Source: a virus. Taken from it: DNA of 64,000 nucleotides. The notes under the pieces were generated by a model, which was not told the DNA's origin, made no database searches, and was given only the letters and a program-made list of their open reading frames with translations. A program made the translations under genes and the position numbers. The stretch is taken from positions 1 to 64,000 of the IMG/VR virus record IMGVR_UViG_3300030107_005430; one strand, 5' to 3'. This document shows, piece after piece, positions 16,747-25,917 of this stretch (the stretch's first letter is position 1; each line of letters opens with the position of its first letter).

Positions 16747-18210
16747 ATGTCAAGTGTAATATATCTTCAAGGTATTGGGGAAAAGCCAGCAAAGATGGTT
16801 TCAGAACTATCTGAGGGTGATATATTTCTCAAAAACTATGGTTATAAGTATAGAATTATAGCGTGTGAATCGTTGAGTGAAAATGTATACGAACTCACAT
16901 TTGAATCTTTGAATTCAACAGATCCGGGATGTAGATATTCTAAAACCGTTCGAGGATCTACGTTGGTTGGTATTCATGAAGATGAAGGTGTTCAAGACTT
17001 AAATGAAGATATGAGATTGATGCAACAATTGCACATGGCACAAAAAAGAGCGACTGATAGAAAAAGAAGAGAAGACGAAGAAAGAGAGAGAAAAAGAAGA
17101 GAGAATCAAGAACTCTCTGCAAACAAACAAGTTTCTGGTGAATTTGCAGGTGCAAGAGAAGAAACCATCGCTGACAAAATTTTGAACTTCATGTCAGAGA
17201 GAAAATTCAGCAAAGCGGAAATAAAAAAGAGGAAGAAGGTTGGAGATAAACTACCTAAAGGTGAGTTTAAGAAAAATTATCCTAATCCCAGACCTCCTGC
17301 AAAATCATGGAAAGATGTTCTCTGGGCAACAGCAACAAACATCGTGAAGGGTGAGAAGACTGAAGAATCCGTTGAACTGGATGAAACAAGGGATAGGGCT
17401 GAACTCATTAACCTCATGAACAGAACAGGTGAAAAAGTAGCATCCGATACTAAAACAGACAAAGGAAGAGTTACTCCCAAAACGAATCAAGCACTGCGAA
17501 TTAATATCAAAGCAAGAAAAAGACTCGGACTTCCCGTTGAATCCGTTGAACTGGATGAACTCAAGACACCAACATATAAATCTTATAAAAGAAAAGCAGA
17601 TAAACAAGAAAAGGATCTGTTTGATAAGGGCTACTCTGATCTGAGTCCCGAAGAAAAGAAGAAGGCGGACAAGAGAAGAGAAGGAATCAATAGAGCAGAC
17701 AAGTTGATAAGAAAACGCCGTGAAGGTTTACATAGAGATCCTCCAAGACCGGGTAGGGAACGGATTCAAGATGAGGTGGTAAAGGAAGCAATCGCTGATG
17801 GGAAACCAAAGTCCAAGAGTCAAAGAAGAATGGACGTTGCTATATCTAAAATTGATAGAGCGTTTCCTGAGACTAAAAACCAGAAATGGGCAAAGCAAAG
17901 AGGCGGTTTTAGTGGATATGACAGAATACAATCTGCTGCTTCAAGGATGCAAAGAGGACACGATCCTGAAAAGATGAAAAAAGAACCCGATGATGTTTTC
18001 CAGAACACATCAGATGTCAGAGCAGCAGAGAAATTAATGAAGAAGAGAAGACAGAGAAGCAAGAAAGCAAGTATACAAGACAGCGTACAGAAAAACATAC
18101 TCTCCCAATTAAAGAATTTCGATTTATCTGGAGAGGGGCTCGATATTCCTGCTATAAATAATAAGAAGTGGGGAACCGAAGGATTCAAAAACAAAAGGAA
18201 AAACTCATGA
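16747..18210 (+). CDS. Modular basic polyprotein with ESVELDE linkers
   Basis: LNE, MSE, EESVELDE, VESVELDE, VVKE separate Lys/Arg-rich modules. Confidence 0.75.
   Translation: MSSVIYLQGIGEKPAKMVSELSEGDIFLKNYGYKYRIIACESLSENVYELTFESLNSTDPGCRYSKTVRGSTLVGIHEDEGVQDLNEDMRLMQQLHMAQKRATDRKRREDEERERKRRENQELSANKQVSGEFAGAREETIADKILNFMSERKFSKAEIKKRKKVGDKLPKGEFKKNYPNPRPPAKSWKDVLWATATNIVKGEKTEESVELDETRDRAELINLMNRTGEKVASDTKTDKGRVTPKTNQALRINIKARKRLGLPVESVELDELKTPTYKSYKRKADKQEKDLFDKGYSDLSPEEKKKADKRREGINRADKLIRKRREGLHRDPPRPGRERIQDEVVKEAIADGKPKSKSQRRMDVAISKIDRAFPETKNQKWAKQRGGFSGYDRIQSAASRMQRGHDPEKMKKEPDDVFQNTSDVRAAEKLMKKRRQRSKKASIQDSVQKNILSQLKNFDLSGEGLDIPAINNKKWGTEGFKNKRKNS
17365..17559 (+). repeat. 21-nt exact direct repeat GAATCCGTTGAACTGGATGAA (17365-17385 and 17539-17559)
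   Basis: Read directly; encodes ESVELDE; related copy at 5155-5175. Confidence 0.9.
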
Positions 18211-18698
18211 AAAAGTATAAAGAACTAACAGCATTCCTCGCAGAAATGGGTCCAGAAAACACCGAAGTCGGTGGTGGTGACGCACGTTCTGCACACAACG
18301 ATTTTGGTGTACACCGAATCGAAAATCCAGAGCAACTTGGCAGGATAAGTGCATTTCTCAATGCAATGACACAAAGAGAATTTCTTGATCCCAAGGCTGC
18401 TCTTGTACAGATGAGATGGAAGATGAATCAGGCTGGTCTTGATTTTAACTTTACCGGAAAAGAATCAGTAACTGAAGGTACTAGAGATTTTCATCTGACT
18501 CGCTATGGTGGGACTTTTGGTAAGAGTCCAACAACACCCCATGACGAATTCGAAAGAACCGATGGTATAGCAGAATTCAATAATGGCAAAAGTTTAGCAC
18601 TAAGAGTAACAGTAGAACAAGCAAAAACAGGAATGTATAACATAGATGCTTCTATTGTTCCAGTACAAGGAAATGCAAATAAACCAATCAGTCTTTGA
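18207..18698 (+). CDS. Conserved phage hypothetical protein
   Basis: MKKYKELTAFLAE leader; ATGA coupling; TATAAATA at 18153-18160. Confidence 0.75.
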   Translation: MKKYKELTAFLAEMGPENTEVGGGDARSAHNDFGVHRIENPEQLGRISAFLNAMTQREFLDPKAALVQMRWKMNQAGLDFNFTGKESVTEGTRDFHLTRYGGTFGKSPTTPHDEFERTDGIAEFNNGKSLALRVTVEQAKTGMYNIDASIVPVQGNANKPISL

Positions 18699-18716
18699 TT
18701 TAAATTCTATTTTATT

Positions 18717-19091
18717 ATGTTTGATGTTTTAGATAAAAACAACTTTTTGATGTATGCGATGAGGATGTATGACAACCCCAGTTGTACAAGTGTTGATGAA
18801 TTTCATGAAGACTTGAATAGAATTAAATACGTCAAACGACTGTTGGGTAAATTTGAAGCAAAAGGTCTACTGAGAGAAAGGTTAATATTAAATCATATAA
18901 TAATTTTAGGAAATGTATTTGGTTTAGAAGCAACATGTAGAATCTTGTTTTATAAGATAGAAGAAAAATACCATTCTAGTTTAAAAACATTTCTTCACTA
19001 TCTCCAATATCTCCCCAGAACATTGAACGACTTAGATTTAAATAAAATACCACTAGATCATAAAATAATGAAAGCATTAGAGGAACTATAA
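18717..19091 (+). CDS. Conserved T4-like hypothetical (DUF7207-like from recall)
   Basis: NFLMYAMRMYDNPSC..EFHEDLNRIKYVKRL..RERLILNHIIIL. Confidence 0.8.
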   Translation: MFDVLDKNNFLMYAMRMYDNPSCTSVDEFHEDLNRIKYVKRLLGKFEAKGLLRERLILNHIIILGNVFGLEATCRILFYKIEEKYHSSLKTFLHYLQYLPRTLNDLDLNKIPLDHKIMKALEEL

Positions 19092-19661
19092 ATGGCTCAA
19101 TCAGGAATGAAAGAACTAAATAAAGTTGTTAATGCTTTCACTGTTTATAAATTTATACAAAGTATAATAACACCCTTCACTGCAATGCCTGCCTATAAAT
19201 TAGGCATCATTGATAAAAAGGGAAATTTCCTAAAGAAGCAAGAAGATCTAAAAACAGATGCAGAGAAAAAAGCATCCAGCATGTTCTCTCGTCTAATTAT
19301 AAACTTAAAGAAAATAATTGCGAAGGTTCCAGATCCAAAAATGCAAGCACAACTTAAAACTCTTCCTACTGCTATATTTCTAGTGAAGGAAGATTTAGAT
19401 GAGATTGGTGCAGATATAACTCTTATAGAAGAAGCAGTTATTAAGGTTCTGGAAGACAATGGTCTAGAAATCAAGAATCAAATGTTAAATGAGTCATTTG
19501 AATCTAAAGATACTCTTGAACCGGGATCATATAAAACAATAAATGAAAATGAATTTGATGTAAAAATATCAACAAAAGCAATTGATTATATTCTTGGTGT
19601 ACCTATTTTTAAAATAAATAATTCTGTAGTATCGTACTCAGAAATCTCACCACCAGAATAA
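19092..19661 (+). CDS. Conserved T4-like hypothetical protein
   Basis: YKFI..TPFTAMPAYKLGIIDKKGN motif. Confidence 0.75.
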   Translation: MAQSGMKELNKVVNAFTVYKFIQSIITPFTAMPAYKLGIIDKKGNFLKKQEDLKTDAEKKASSMFSRLIINLKKIIAKVPDPKMQAQLKTLPTAIFLVKEDLDEIGADITLIEEAVIKVLEDNGLEIKNQMLNESFESKDTLEPGSYKTINENEFDVKISTKAIDYILGVPIFKINNSVVSYSEISPPE

Positions 19662-19672
19662 GGAATCGTCAC

Positions 19673-19840
19673 ATGGCTTGCAGCAGTTGCAGCAAAGGGA
19701 AAAAAATAAACAGAACCAGTAGTAGAATAAATCAAAAATCGAAAGTGACAATTCCCAAGAGATCATGCACCAAAGTAACAAAAAGAACAAATGAAGTAAC
19801 CGAGAAACGAAAAGTAAAGACCACTCTCAGGAGAAGATAA
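19673..19840 (+). CDS. 55-aa very basic protein with CxxC
   Basis: Hand translation MACSSCSKGKKINR..TLRRR; TAATG coupling to next gene. Confidence 0.55.
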   Translation: MACSSCSKGKKINRTSSRINQKSKVTIPKRSCTKVTKRTNEVTEKRKVKTTLRRR

Positions 19841-20223
19841 TGAAAGAGTTCAACACTTTCAAGCAAGAATTAACAGAAACCATTGCAAATTCTATGGGTG
19901 GTGGTTTTGCTGTCAATCAGGCTGCTGAAACCGGAAATCCTAATCTTGCAGGATATGATCCTGTCATGGGTTTTCAGACAAGGGACAAGGACAGGAAGAA
20001 AAAAGATAAATTTGCAGGGGTTCAAGTATTCAAATTGAATTCGGAAGAATACAACAATTGCATTCAGGGCAGAATGCGATATGAGAGATGGAACAAGAAG
20101 TTAAACATGGAAGACTTCAACAACCAAGAAATTAGAAAATATGCTCACAAAAATCCGGGGCAACCCATAATTGTTATGGATGAGAATACAGGTGTCATGA
20201 GTTACCTTATTCCTAAAAAATGA
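19840..20223 (+). CDS. Hypothetical protein with capsid-targeting leader
   Basis: MKEFNTFKQELTE; SD aggag. Confidence 0.75.
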   Translation: MKEFNTFKQELTETIANSMGGGFAVNQAAETGNPNLAGYDPVMGFQTRDKDRKKKDKFAGVQVFKLNSEEYNNCIQGRMRYERWNKKLNMEDFNNQEIRKYAHKNPGQPIIVMDENTGVMSYLIPKK

Positions 20224-20235
20224 CGGAGAAATATC

Positions 20236-20682
20236 ATGCTTAGTTCTTTCCTCACACCAGAGTTTTTAACATTAACAGCAAGCAGTTTGACTGGTTTTCT
20301 TTTCAAGTTTTGGGCTGAAAAGAGACAAGATCAAAAAGAAATATACGACAGAATGATCGGTGCTTCAAAGCGTTCTGACGAAAGTGCAGACGCAGCGGTG
20401 AAGCGTGTTCCTCTGGATGCAGGTAAACAGGTACGAAGATTAATCGTGCTATGCGTATTGTTTGGTACTATACTTGCACCATTTATTCTTCCATTCTTTG
20501 GTGTTCCTACAGTCGTAGAACTCACCGAGAAGGAAGGATCTTTCCTTGGAATCTTCGGTGGTGGTGAAAAGATATCTTTCCATGAAGTATATGGATATCT
20601 CTTCACAGAAGAAAATCGCCAGATTCTTCTAGCGATTGTTGGTTTTTACTTTGGACAAGCAGTAGGGAAATCTACACGATGA
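20236..20682 (+). CDS. Membrane protein (possible holin-like)
   Basis: 2-3 hydrophobic segments; C-terminal AIVGFYFG. Confidence 0.6.
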   Translation: MLSSFLTPEFLTLTASSLTGFLFKFWAEKRQDQKEIYDRMIGASKRSDESADAAVKRVPLDAGKQVRRLIVLCVLFGTILAPFILPFFGVPTVVELTEKEGSFLGIFGGGEKISFHEVYGYLFTEENRQILLAIVGFYFGQAVGKSTR

Positions 20683-20921
20683 GAATTATAATTATAGCGT
20701 CTTTATTATCTCTTCTTTCAGCATGTTCTGGTTACGTTAAAGTAAACGGAACCGAACAACATGGAAACGTACCAGCCGAAAATCCTGTTATCACAAGAGG
20801 TGAAGAGGGCATTCAACACAACTCTTCAAACTTTTGGTTGTATTACATTCCTGCACTTGGTTTGATTAGTTTTATTACTTATAAAACTTTCCACACACCG
20901 AAACAAACTAAGACCGATTAG
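20679..20921 (+). CDS. Small lipoprotein with C-terminal TM
   Basis: Lipobox LSAC; C-terminal FWLYYIPALGLISFITY. Confidence 0.6.
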   Translation: MRIIIIASLLSLLSACSGYVKVNGTEQHGNVPAENPVITRGEEGIQHNSSNFWLYYIPALGLISFITYKTFHTPKQTKTD

Positions 20922-22695
20922 CACTGCTTAAGATACCAGTTCTTGGATTATATCTAAATCTTTCCTGAATGTTGTATTCCACCTGCTCTGTTTTTGCTAG
21001 AGCAGGAATTAGTCTTCTCAGATACGGTGCTAGAGGCCTAAGAAGATTTGGAACAACACCCGGTCCTATTGGTGGGATAACCATCGGTGGTATATATGGT
21101 TTAAAGTTTGGAGATAGCGGATTTGTATCAGGTCGAGGCTTCGGTTCTGGAAAGAGCGGAGGAACCGTTTGTGGATTGTTTGGATTAAACGGTATTGGTT
21201 GCAATTGTGGATATGGATTATTTGGATCATATCCCGGACGTTTAGGCCATTTTTCGGGACGAGGATCTACTTCCCACGGTGGAATTATATCTCCTGTGTC
21301 ATGTCCTAGTTCAGGCATACCTTCTGTATCGAGGCCAAATGGTGATCCCGGTCCACCCGGAGTTTCATCACCATATGGATCTTGATCCGGTAACGTAGGA
21401 TCTTTTCTTAAAAGTCCCGGACCGAATGGTCGATCTTCAAGATCTTGTGGATCTATAGGTCCATCACCATCAACAGGTTTCGGTGATGTTTCTGGTCGTC
21501 CAGTATCTGGATCAATGCCCGGAGGAATATTTTTCTGTGGTGGTTGGCCAGAACGATTAACACTACTCAATGTACCAGTTCTTGGATTATATCTAAATCC
21601 TTTTTGTCCCGGAGGAATATTTCTGTTTGCACCGGGCACGAAGTCGGGATCAGTTTTCCACGGATCCACAATCGGAGTTCCGGTTGGAAGATCATCGACT
21701 TCGGGTGTTGTTTTATACGGTTTACCCTGAGAATCTGTAGGTTGGCGATACGGAAGCCACTGCCATGGTTTCGGATATCCGGGTTCATCTACAATACCAT
21801 CACCATCGGTATCACCACCCTGCTGACCGGGACCAGATGGTGTAAAACGATCAAACCAACCGGGAGGAAAAATTTGGTAGGGATATGGATTCCGAAGAAA
21901 CGCCGGAGTATTTCCGGGACGATTCGGTGGATATGGATCAACTGTACTGTCTGGTGCGGTGTAGTGACTAGGTATCTCACTGTCACTATATTTGTCTCCA
22001 TCAGCGTCCAACCAGTGTGCTGATTTATCACCTTGCATGATGTCAACGTACCAGTCTGGCAACCGATCATATCCCGGTCCATCATCGCTATCACCACCGG
22101 GTTCGGATTCTGACCTCTGTGTTCCATACTCACCAGTGTCTTTGATATCCCACGCAACATACTTAGATGCATTGTCATTATTAAACTTATCTGGATTTTG
22201 CCATATGTTCTTAACAACATTCGAATTAATCTTTGCAATTCGATCTGCATATGAATCAACATAGGCATGATAAGCATGAGTTTGCTTATCCATTGTTTTA
22301 AGAACATCTTTAATGTCTGCTATTGTTGTTTTTCCGTCCCAAGCAATACCAAATTTACGAGCGAGTTCGGTGGATGCTTGTATTCTGTCATTTAATCTTG
22401 CAGTGTTATATGCTTTATACAATCCTTGAGGATCATTTTCGTCTGCTTCGATTCCTTTATCGGATAATACCTGTTTCACTGTGGTTTCGATTTCAGGTGT
22501 CAATTCCCAACCAAAACCAAATCTCTTTTTAGCACCTGTGACTTTAGGAGTTTTATAAACAGTTCCATCCACACCAGTATTATCAAGACCACCGGATGTA
22601 TTCAATCCAGAAATACTGGACAAACCAGAAGTAGAAGAACCAGCAGAGTTTGTTGATAAAACTTCATTAATGGTAGAATAAAGATCTTTTGACAT
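20908..22695 (-). CDS. Pro/Gly/Asp-rich hypothetical protein
   Basis: 595-aa ORF; TATACATA and SD upstream; duplicated FRYNPRTG motif. Confidence 0.75.
   Translation of the reverse strand: MSKDLYSTINEVLSTNSAGSSTSGLSSISGLNTSGGLDNTGVDGTVYKTPKVTGAKKRFGFGWELTPEIETTVKQVLSDKGIEADENDPQGLYKAYNTARLNDRIQASTELARKFGIAWDGKTTIADIKDVLKTMDKQTHAYHAYVDSYADRIAKINSNVVKNIWQNPDKFNNDNASKYVAWDIKDTGEYGTQRSESEPGGDSDDGPGYDRLPDWYVDIMQGDKSAHWLDADGDKYSDSEIPSHYTAPDSTVDPYPPNRPGNTPAFLRNPYPYQIFPPGWFDRFTPSGPGQQGGDTDGDGIVDEPGYPKPWQWLPYRQPTDSQGKPYKTTPEVDDLPTGTPIVDPWKTDPDFVPGANRNIPPGQKGFRYNPRTGTLSSVNRSGQPPQKNIPPGIDPDTGRPETSPKPVDGDGPIDPQDLEDRPFGPGLLRKDPTLPDQDPYGDETPGGPGSPFGLDTEGMPELGHDTGDIIPPWEVDPRPEKWPKRPGYDPNNPYPQLQPIPFNPNNPQTVPPLFPEPKPRPDTNPLSPNFKPYIPPMVIPPIGPGVVPNLLRPLAPYLRRLIPALAKTEQVEYNIQERFRYNPRTGILSSANRS
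20934..21599. repeat. 27-nt exact repeat TACCAGTTCTTGGATTATATCTAAATC (20934-20960 and 21573-21599)
   Basis: Read directly. Confidence 0.85.
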
Positions 22696-22739
22696 AAAAA
22701 TAACTCCAGAACTTATTTTATATGTATAAAAACGACATA

Positions 22740-23306
22740 TTATGTGTAAGAATCCAGAATCATATCATATAGATGTTTGCATATGTAATAAGAATCTACT
22801 ATATCAGAAACAGGATTATCAACTGTTCCTTTGTCTGGTGTTATGGCAGTTTTTAAATCTACGCCGGTTTCTTCTTTGAAAGATTTATGCATCATGGTTT
22901 TATCTGCATTTCCCTTTCCGGTTGCAAACTTCTTCACGGTGGTTGGTGGGACAACCTCTAGAGGAATTCCTAAATTATGAATCTTATATTTCAGAACTCC
23001 AGTATTCTCTGCTATATGGAAAATTTTACCTTTTGATCCATAGGAATATCCTTCGATGCCGATATGATCACAACCAGTGAGTTGATCTATAGCCCAATCG
23101 GCGATACTTACATATCGCTGATAATCTGTATTCCAATCTTGGAATCTGGAACCTTGAATGTTGTTCAAAAAGAAATCAGCATACTTCTTTGTGTCTGTAA
23201 GAAAGTAAAACTTACATCTTTCAAATGTAAATGCTTCCTTCTCTGTTCCTGTGAAGACACAGATACTCGGACTTCTCATGCTGTAGTCTATTCCTGCTAT
23301 AATCAT
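22740..23306 (-). CDS. RuvC-like Holliday junction resolvase
   Basis: IIAGIDYS, IGIEGYSYG, PPTTVKKFATGKGNADK, SDIVDSYYI. Confidence 0.85.
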   Translation of the reverse strand: MIIAGIDYSMRSPSICVFTGTEKEAFTFERCKFYFLTDTKKYADFFLNNIQGSRFQDWNTDYQRYVSIADWAIDQLTGCDHIGIEGYSYGSKGKIFHIAENTGVLKYKIHNLGIPLEVVPPTTVKKFATGKGNADKTMMHKSFKEETGVDLKTAITPDKGTVDNPVSDIVDSYYICKHLYDMILDSYT

Positions 23307-23412
23307 CGGAACCTCCTACAACTATTTATCCTCCTCTTCCAAGTGACATGCCAAGAATATTAATGAAATCAATAATAGAAGAATTAATAGTTCTTGTTCC
23401 ACACTTGAACTC

Positions 23413-23544
23413 CTATGGGAAATTGAGAATAAATTTTCCGATCAAAATTCCGGCGATAAATCCTAGTATACTAACCGTTGCTCCTATCGGAGTGGAAAGT
23501 AGATGCACCTTATTATTTATCCATTCTTTCCAATAATTTTTCAT
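23413..23544 (-). CDS. 43-aa membrane peptide
   Basis: Hand translation MKNYWKEWINNKVHLLSTPIGATVSILGFIAGILIGKFILNFP. Confidence 0.5.
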   Translation of the reverse strand: MKNYWKEWINNKVHLLSTPIGATVSILGFIAGILIGKFILNFP

Positions 23545-24280
23545 TTTTTATTCCTTCAATCCAATCTTTATAGTATTCTACACTTGCACAACCGTTTTCA
23601 AATATGACACCATCTGTCGTGCTAAAGTATGACATGATTCCTATAAGTTTATTTTCTTTTGTTAAAACTGCACCACCCGAATCACCAAACCAAATAGAAG
23701 CCTTGAGTGGGAGCATGACCATGAATTGTGGGTTTGAAACCAGTCTTCCATAGTACCAAAAGACACCCGGATTACTATGTCTCTTTATTCCATGTCCATG
23801 TCCCACCGTTGTTAATGGCATTCTTTTACGAATAGAGTCTTGTTCTGAATCTATTAGTTCCACAGGAAACTCATCCGATTCGTGTTCTAAAACTATAATT
23901 GCAATATCATGTAAACCGTAAAAACCGGGAAGATGTTCTGGGTAGTATATTACTTCTTCTACACAAATTTTATCGCCGTCTGCTTCTATCCAGACTAAAT
24001 CTTCTCTTCCTTCTGGAACATGTGCAGCAGTAAGAACAAGAGACGGAGTTATAAGAACACCTGTACCAATTAGAGTATTGTTTTCTGAGTAATTGACGGA
24101 ACCAACAAATTGATATGGATCTGGCCATAAATCTCTAAGCAGATAAGTAAACGGACCCGGTGGTTTCGGAGTCACCTCTACAATTTTTTGTGGTTTTTGT
24201 GGTTGTGGATTTGGTTTCGTTGCTGTGCAACTTGATAAGCATAATATAGATGCTAAAACATATCCAATTTTGAGTAACAT
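23513..24280 (-). CDS. Lipoprotein trypsin-like (S1) serine protease
   Basis: Lipobox LSSC; triad LTAAH, HDIA, GDSGG. Confidence 0.88.
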   Translation of the reverse strand: MLLKIGYVLASILCLSSCTATKPNPQPQKPQKIVEVTPKPPGPFTYLLRDLWPDPYQFVGSVNYSENNTLIGTGVLITPSLVLTAAHVPEGREDLVWIEADGDKICVEEVIYYPEHLPGFYGLHDIAIIVLEHESDEFPVELIDSEQDSIRKRMPLTTVGHGHGIKRHSNPGVFWYYGRLVSNPQFMVMLPLKASIWFGDSGGAVLTKENKLIGIMSYFSTTDGVIFENGCASVEYYKDWIEGIKNEKLLERMDK

Positions 24281-24336
24281 CTATAATATATAGGGGAAAA
24301 GTGGCTGTTTTGTTCGTTCAAATTCTATATTTAATT

Positions 24337-24368
24337 AAAAAACAACCCCCGTCCGAAGACGAGGGTTG
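24337..24368 (-). terminator. Intrinsic terminator after porin
   Basis: Minus strand CAACCCTCGTC-TTCG-GACGGGGGTTG-TTTTTT (UUCG loop). Confidence 0.85.
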
Positions 24369-24395
24369 CTGAAGTGTCGGGATAAATCCCGTGAA

Positions 24396-25550
24396 TCAGA
24401 ATTCTACCTGAATCTGAGTACGAACGAGGTACTCTCCACTATCGACACTGTTATTCCAACCAGTGTCTGCTACATTCCAACCAGCACCAATACCATCAAA
24501 GGCGTAACCAATATCGGTTGTCCACTTGACGCTATCATTTAGCCAGTAGTTTGCACCAACAGTAACAACGCTAAGGTCGTTTCCTGCTGCCTCTGTTGTA
24601 CCATACTCGTACTGGACGTAACCCTGTAGGTTGTCCATGCACTGGTATGCAGCAGAGAATGTAGTTGCCCAGTTATCACCTGCATCTTGGTTTACACCAA
24701 CGAATGCTGCGGTGAGATCTAGAGCGCCAAACTTAAGACCTGTATCAAAAGTATAGGTCCAGTAATCAGTGACATCAAGATCATTCCATGAAATTGCTGC
24801 ACCAAGGTTCCACCAATCGGTGACATCCCAATCGACTCTACCCGTGAGAGCATAACCGTTTGGAACACCTGCACCATTTGCAGAATTGAATCCATCAGTA
24901 TATGCGGCACGAACATTGAGTCCACCGAAATCCTTACCAAGTTGAATACCCTGTGAACGGCCTTGTCCATAGGTGTACGCAACGATGGAACGATCAGCAG
25001 CGAGAGTGTCAGCCCGTGACACAAGAACTTCCTTCATGAATGGACTCTTGAATTGTCCAAACTGAAAATCGAGTCCTGCAAGATCAAAGGTGCCATATGC
25101 ATCCTTCAATTCAAAATCTCCACCATCATTCCACTGACCGCTAACCTTATAACCAACATCATAGACTTTACCACTAAGGACAAGTCTTGCAACGGGGACA
25201 CCGAAACCATGATTAGCCTCAACACCACCACCACTGTTATAAGTGTAACGAGTCTGGAAGAAACCACCAACATTCACTGTGATGGGATTTGCATCTGCAA
25301 GCATCATTGTGCGAGCATCAGCATCAGCCATCACTTCACGAATCATAGCCTTAGTTTCTTCACTTCGACGAGTTTCCAACCAAGTTGGTTCACTCTGTTC
25401 ATCGAGTTGAGCAATTCGTGCTTCTGCTGCGTCCAGACGAGACTGAAGATCCTCATACGAGGGGGTATCAGAAAGTGCGGGTGCAGCAAATGCTGCGATT
25501 ACTACAGCAGCAGCGATTGCTCCATACATTGTCCATTTTTTCTTGCTCAT
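24396..25550 (-). CDS. Outer-membrane porin (OprO/P-like, Phycisphaerae-type)
   Basis: Signal peptide, N-terminal coiled coil, WLETRRSEE..VMADADAR, ELKDAY, GQFKSPF, amphipathic strands, terminal QVEF. Confidence 0.85.
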   Translation of the reverse strand: MSKKKWTMYGAIAAAVVIAAFAAPALSDTPSYEDLQSRLDAAEARIAQLDEQSEPTWLETRRSEETKAMIREVMADADARTMMLADANPITVNVGGFFQTRYTYNSGGGVEANHGFGVPVARLVLSGKVYDVGYKVSGQWNDGGDFELKDAYGTFDLAGLDFQFGQFKSPFMKEVLVSRADTLAADRSIVAYTYGQGRSQGIQLGKDFGGLNVRAAYTDGFNSANGAGVPNGYALTGRVDWDVTDWWNLGAAISWNDLDVTDYWTYTFDTGLKFGALDLTAAFVGVNQDAGDNWATTFSAAYQCMDNLQGYVQYEYGTTEAAGNDLSVVTVGANYWLNDSVKWTTDIGYAFDGIGAGWNVADTGWNNSVDSGEYLVRTQIQVEF

Positions 25551-25579
25551 AGGATTACCTCCTTGAATCGAAAAACGAC

Positions 25580-25768
25580 TCAGGTTCCCACTGCATTAGT
25601 GGCAGCATTCCAAAGAGACTGTACAGCATCTGCTACCCAAACAACACCGTTCCATGCATATGGAAGAAGTGCAAGGGTGATCAACATGCTACGAGTGATG
25701 CCGACCTTACCAATAGTTTTTGTTACAACGTCGTTTCCACATGATGTGGAACATTCTTTAGTAGGCAT
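25580..25768 (-). CDS. 62-aa membrane protein
   Basis: SD aaaggag; hydrophobic LITLALLPYAWNGVVWV; same strand directly upstream of porin. Confidence 0.65.
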   Translation of the reverse strand: MPTKECSTSCGNDVVTKTIGKVGITRSMLITLALLPYAWNGVVWVADAVQSLWNAATNAVGT

Positions 25769-25832
25769 ATTATTTCTCCTTTTAAGAAATGAAACCCTCG
25801 CCTAAAGGGGTGGAGCGATATGCTCCGATAAT

Positions 25833-25854
25833 AAAAATGGGCTTTCGCCCATTT
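25833..25854 (-). terminator. GAAA-loop hairpin with U tract (terminator or attenuator)
   Basis: Minus strand AAATGGGC-GAAA-GCCCATTT-TT. Confidence 0.6.
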
Positions 25855-25917
25855 GTTAAAACAAATTGTGTTCTTTATATAGACTTGTTAATTTCTACAA
25901 CTTAAAACGAATAACTG

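Noticed and set aside
20908-21600. Diversity-generating retroelement TR/VR pair
   Set aside because: Repeat is short, differences are not adenine-specific, and no reverse transcriptase is in the window
25769-25910. c-di-GMP-I or cobalamin riboswitch near nrdJ/porin
   Set aside because: Only a GAAA hairpin is present; the conserved cores of these riboswitches were not found by eye
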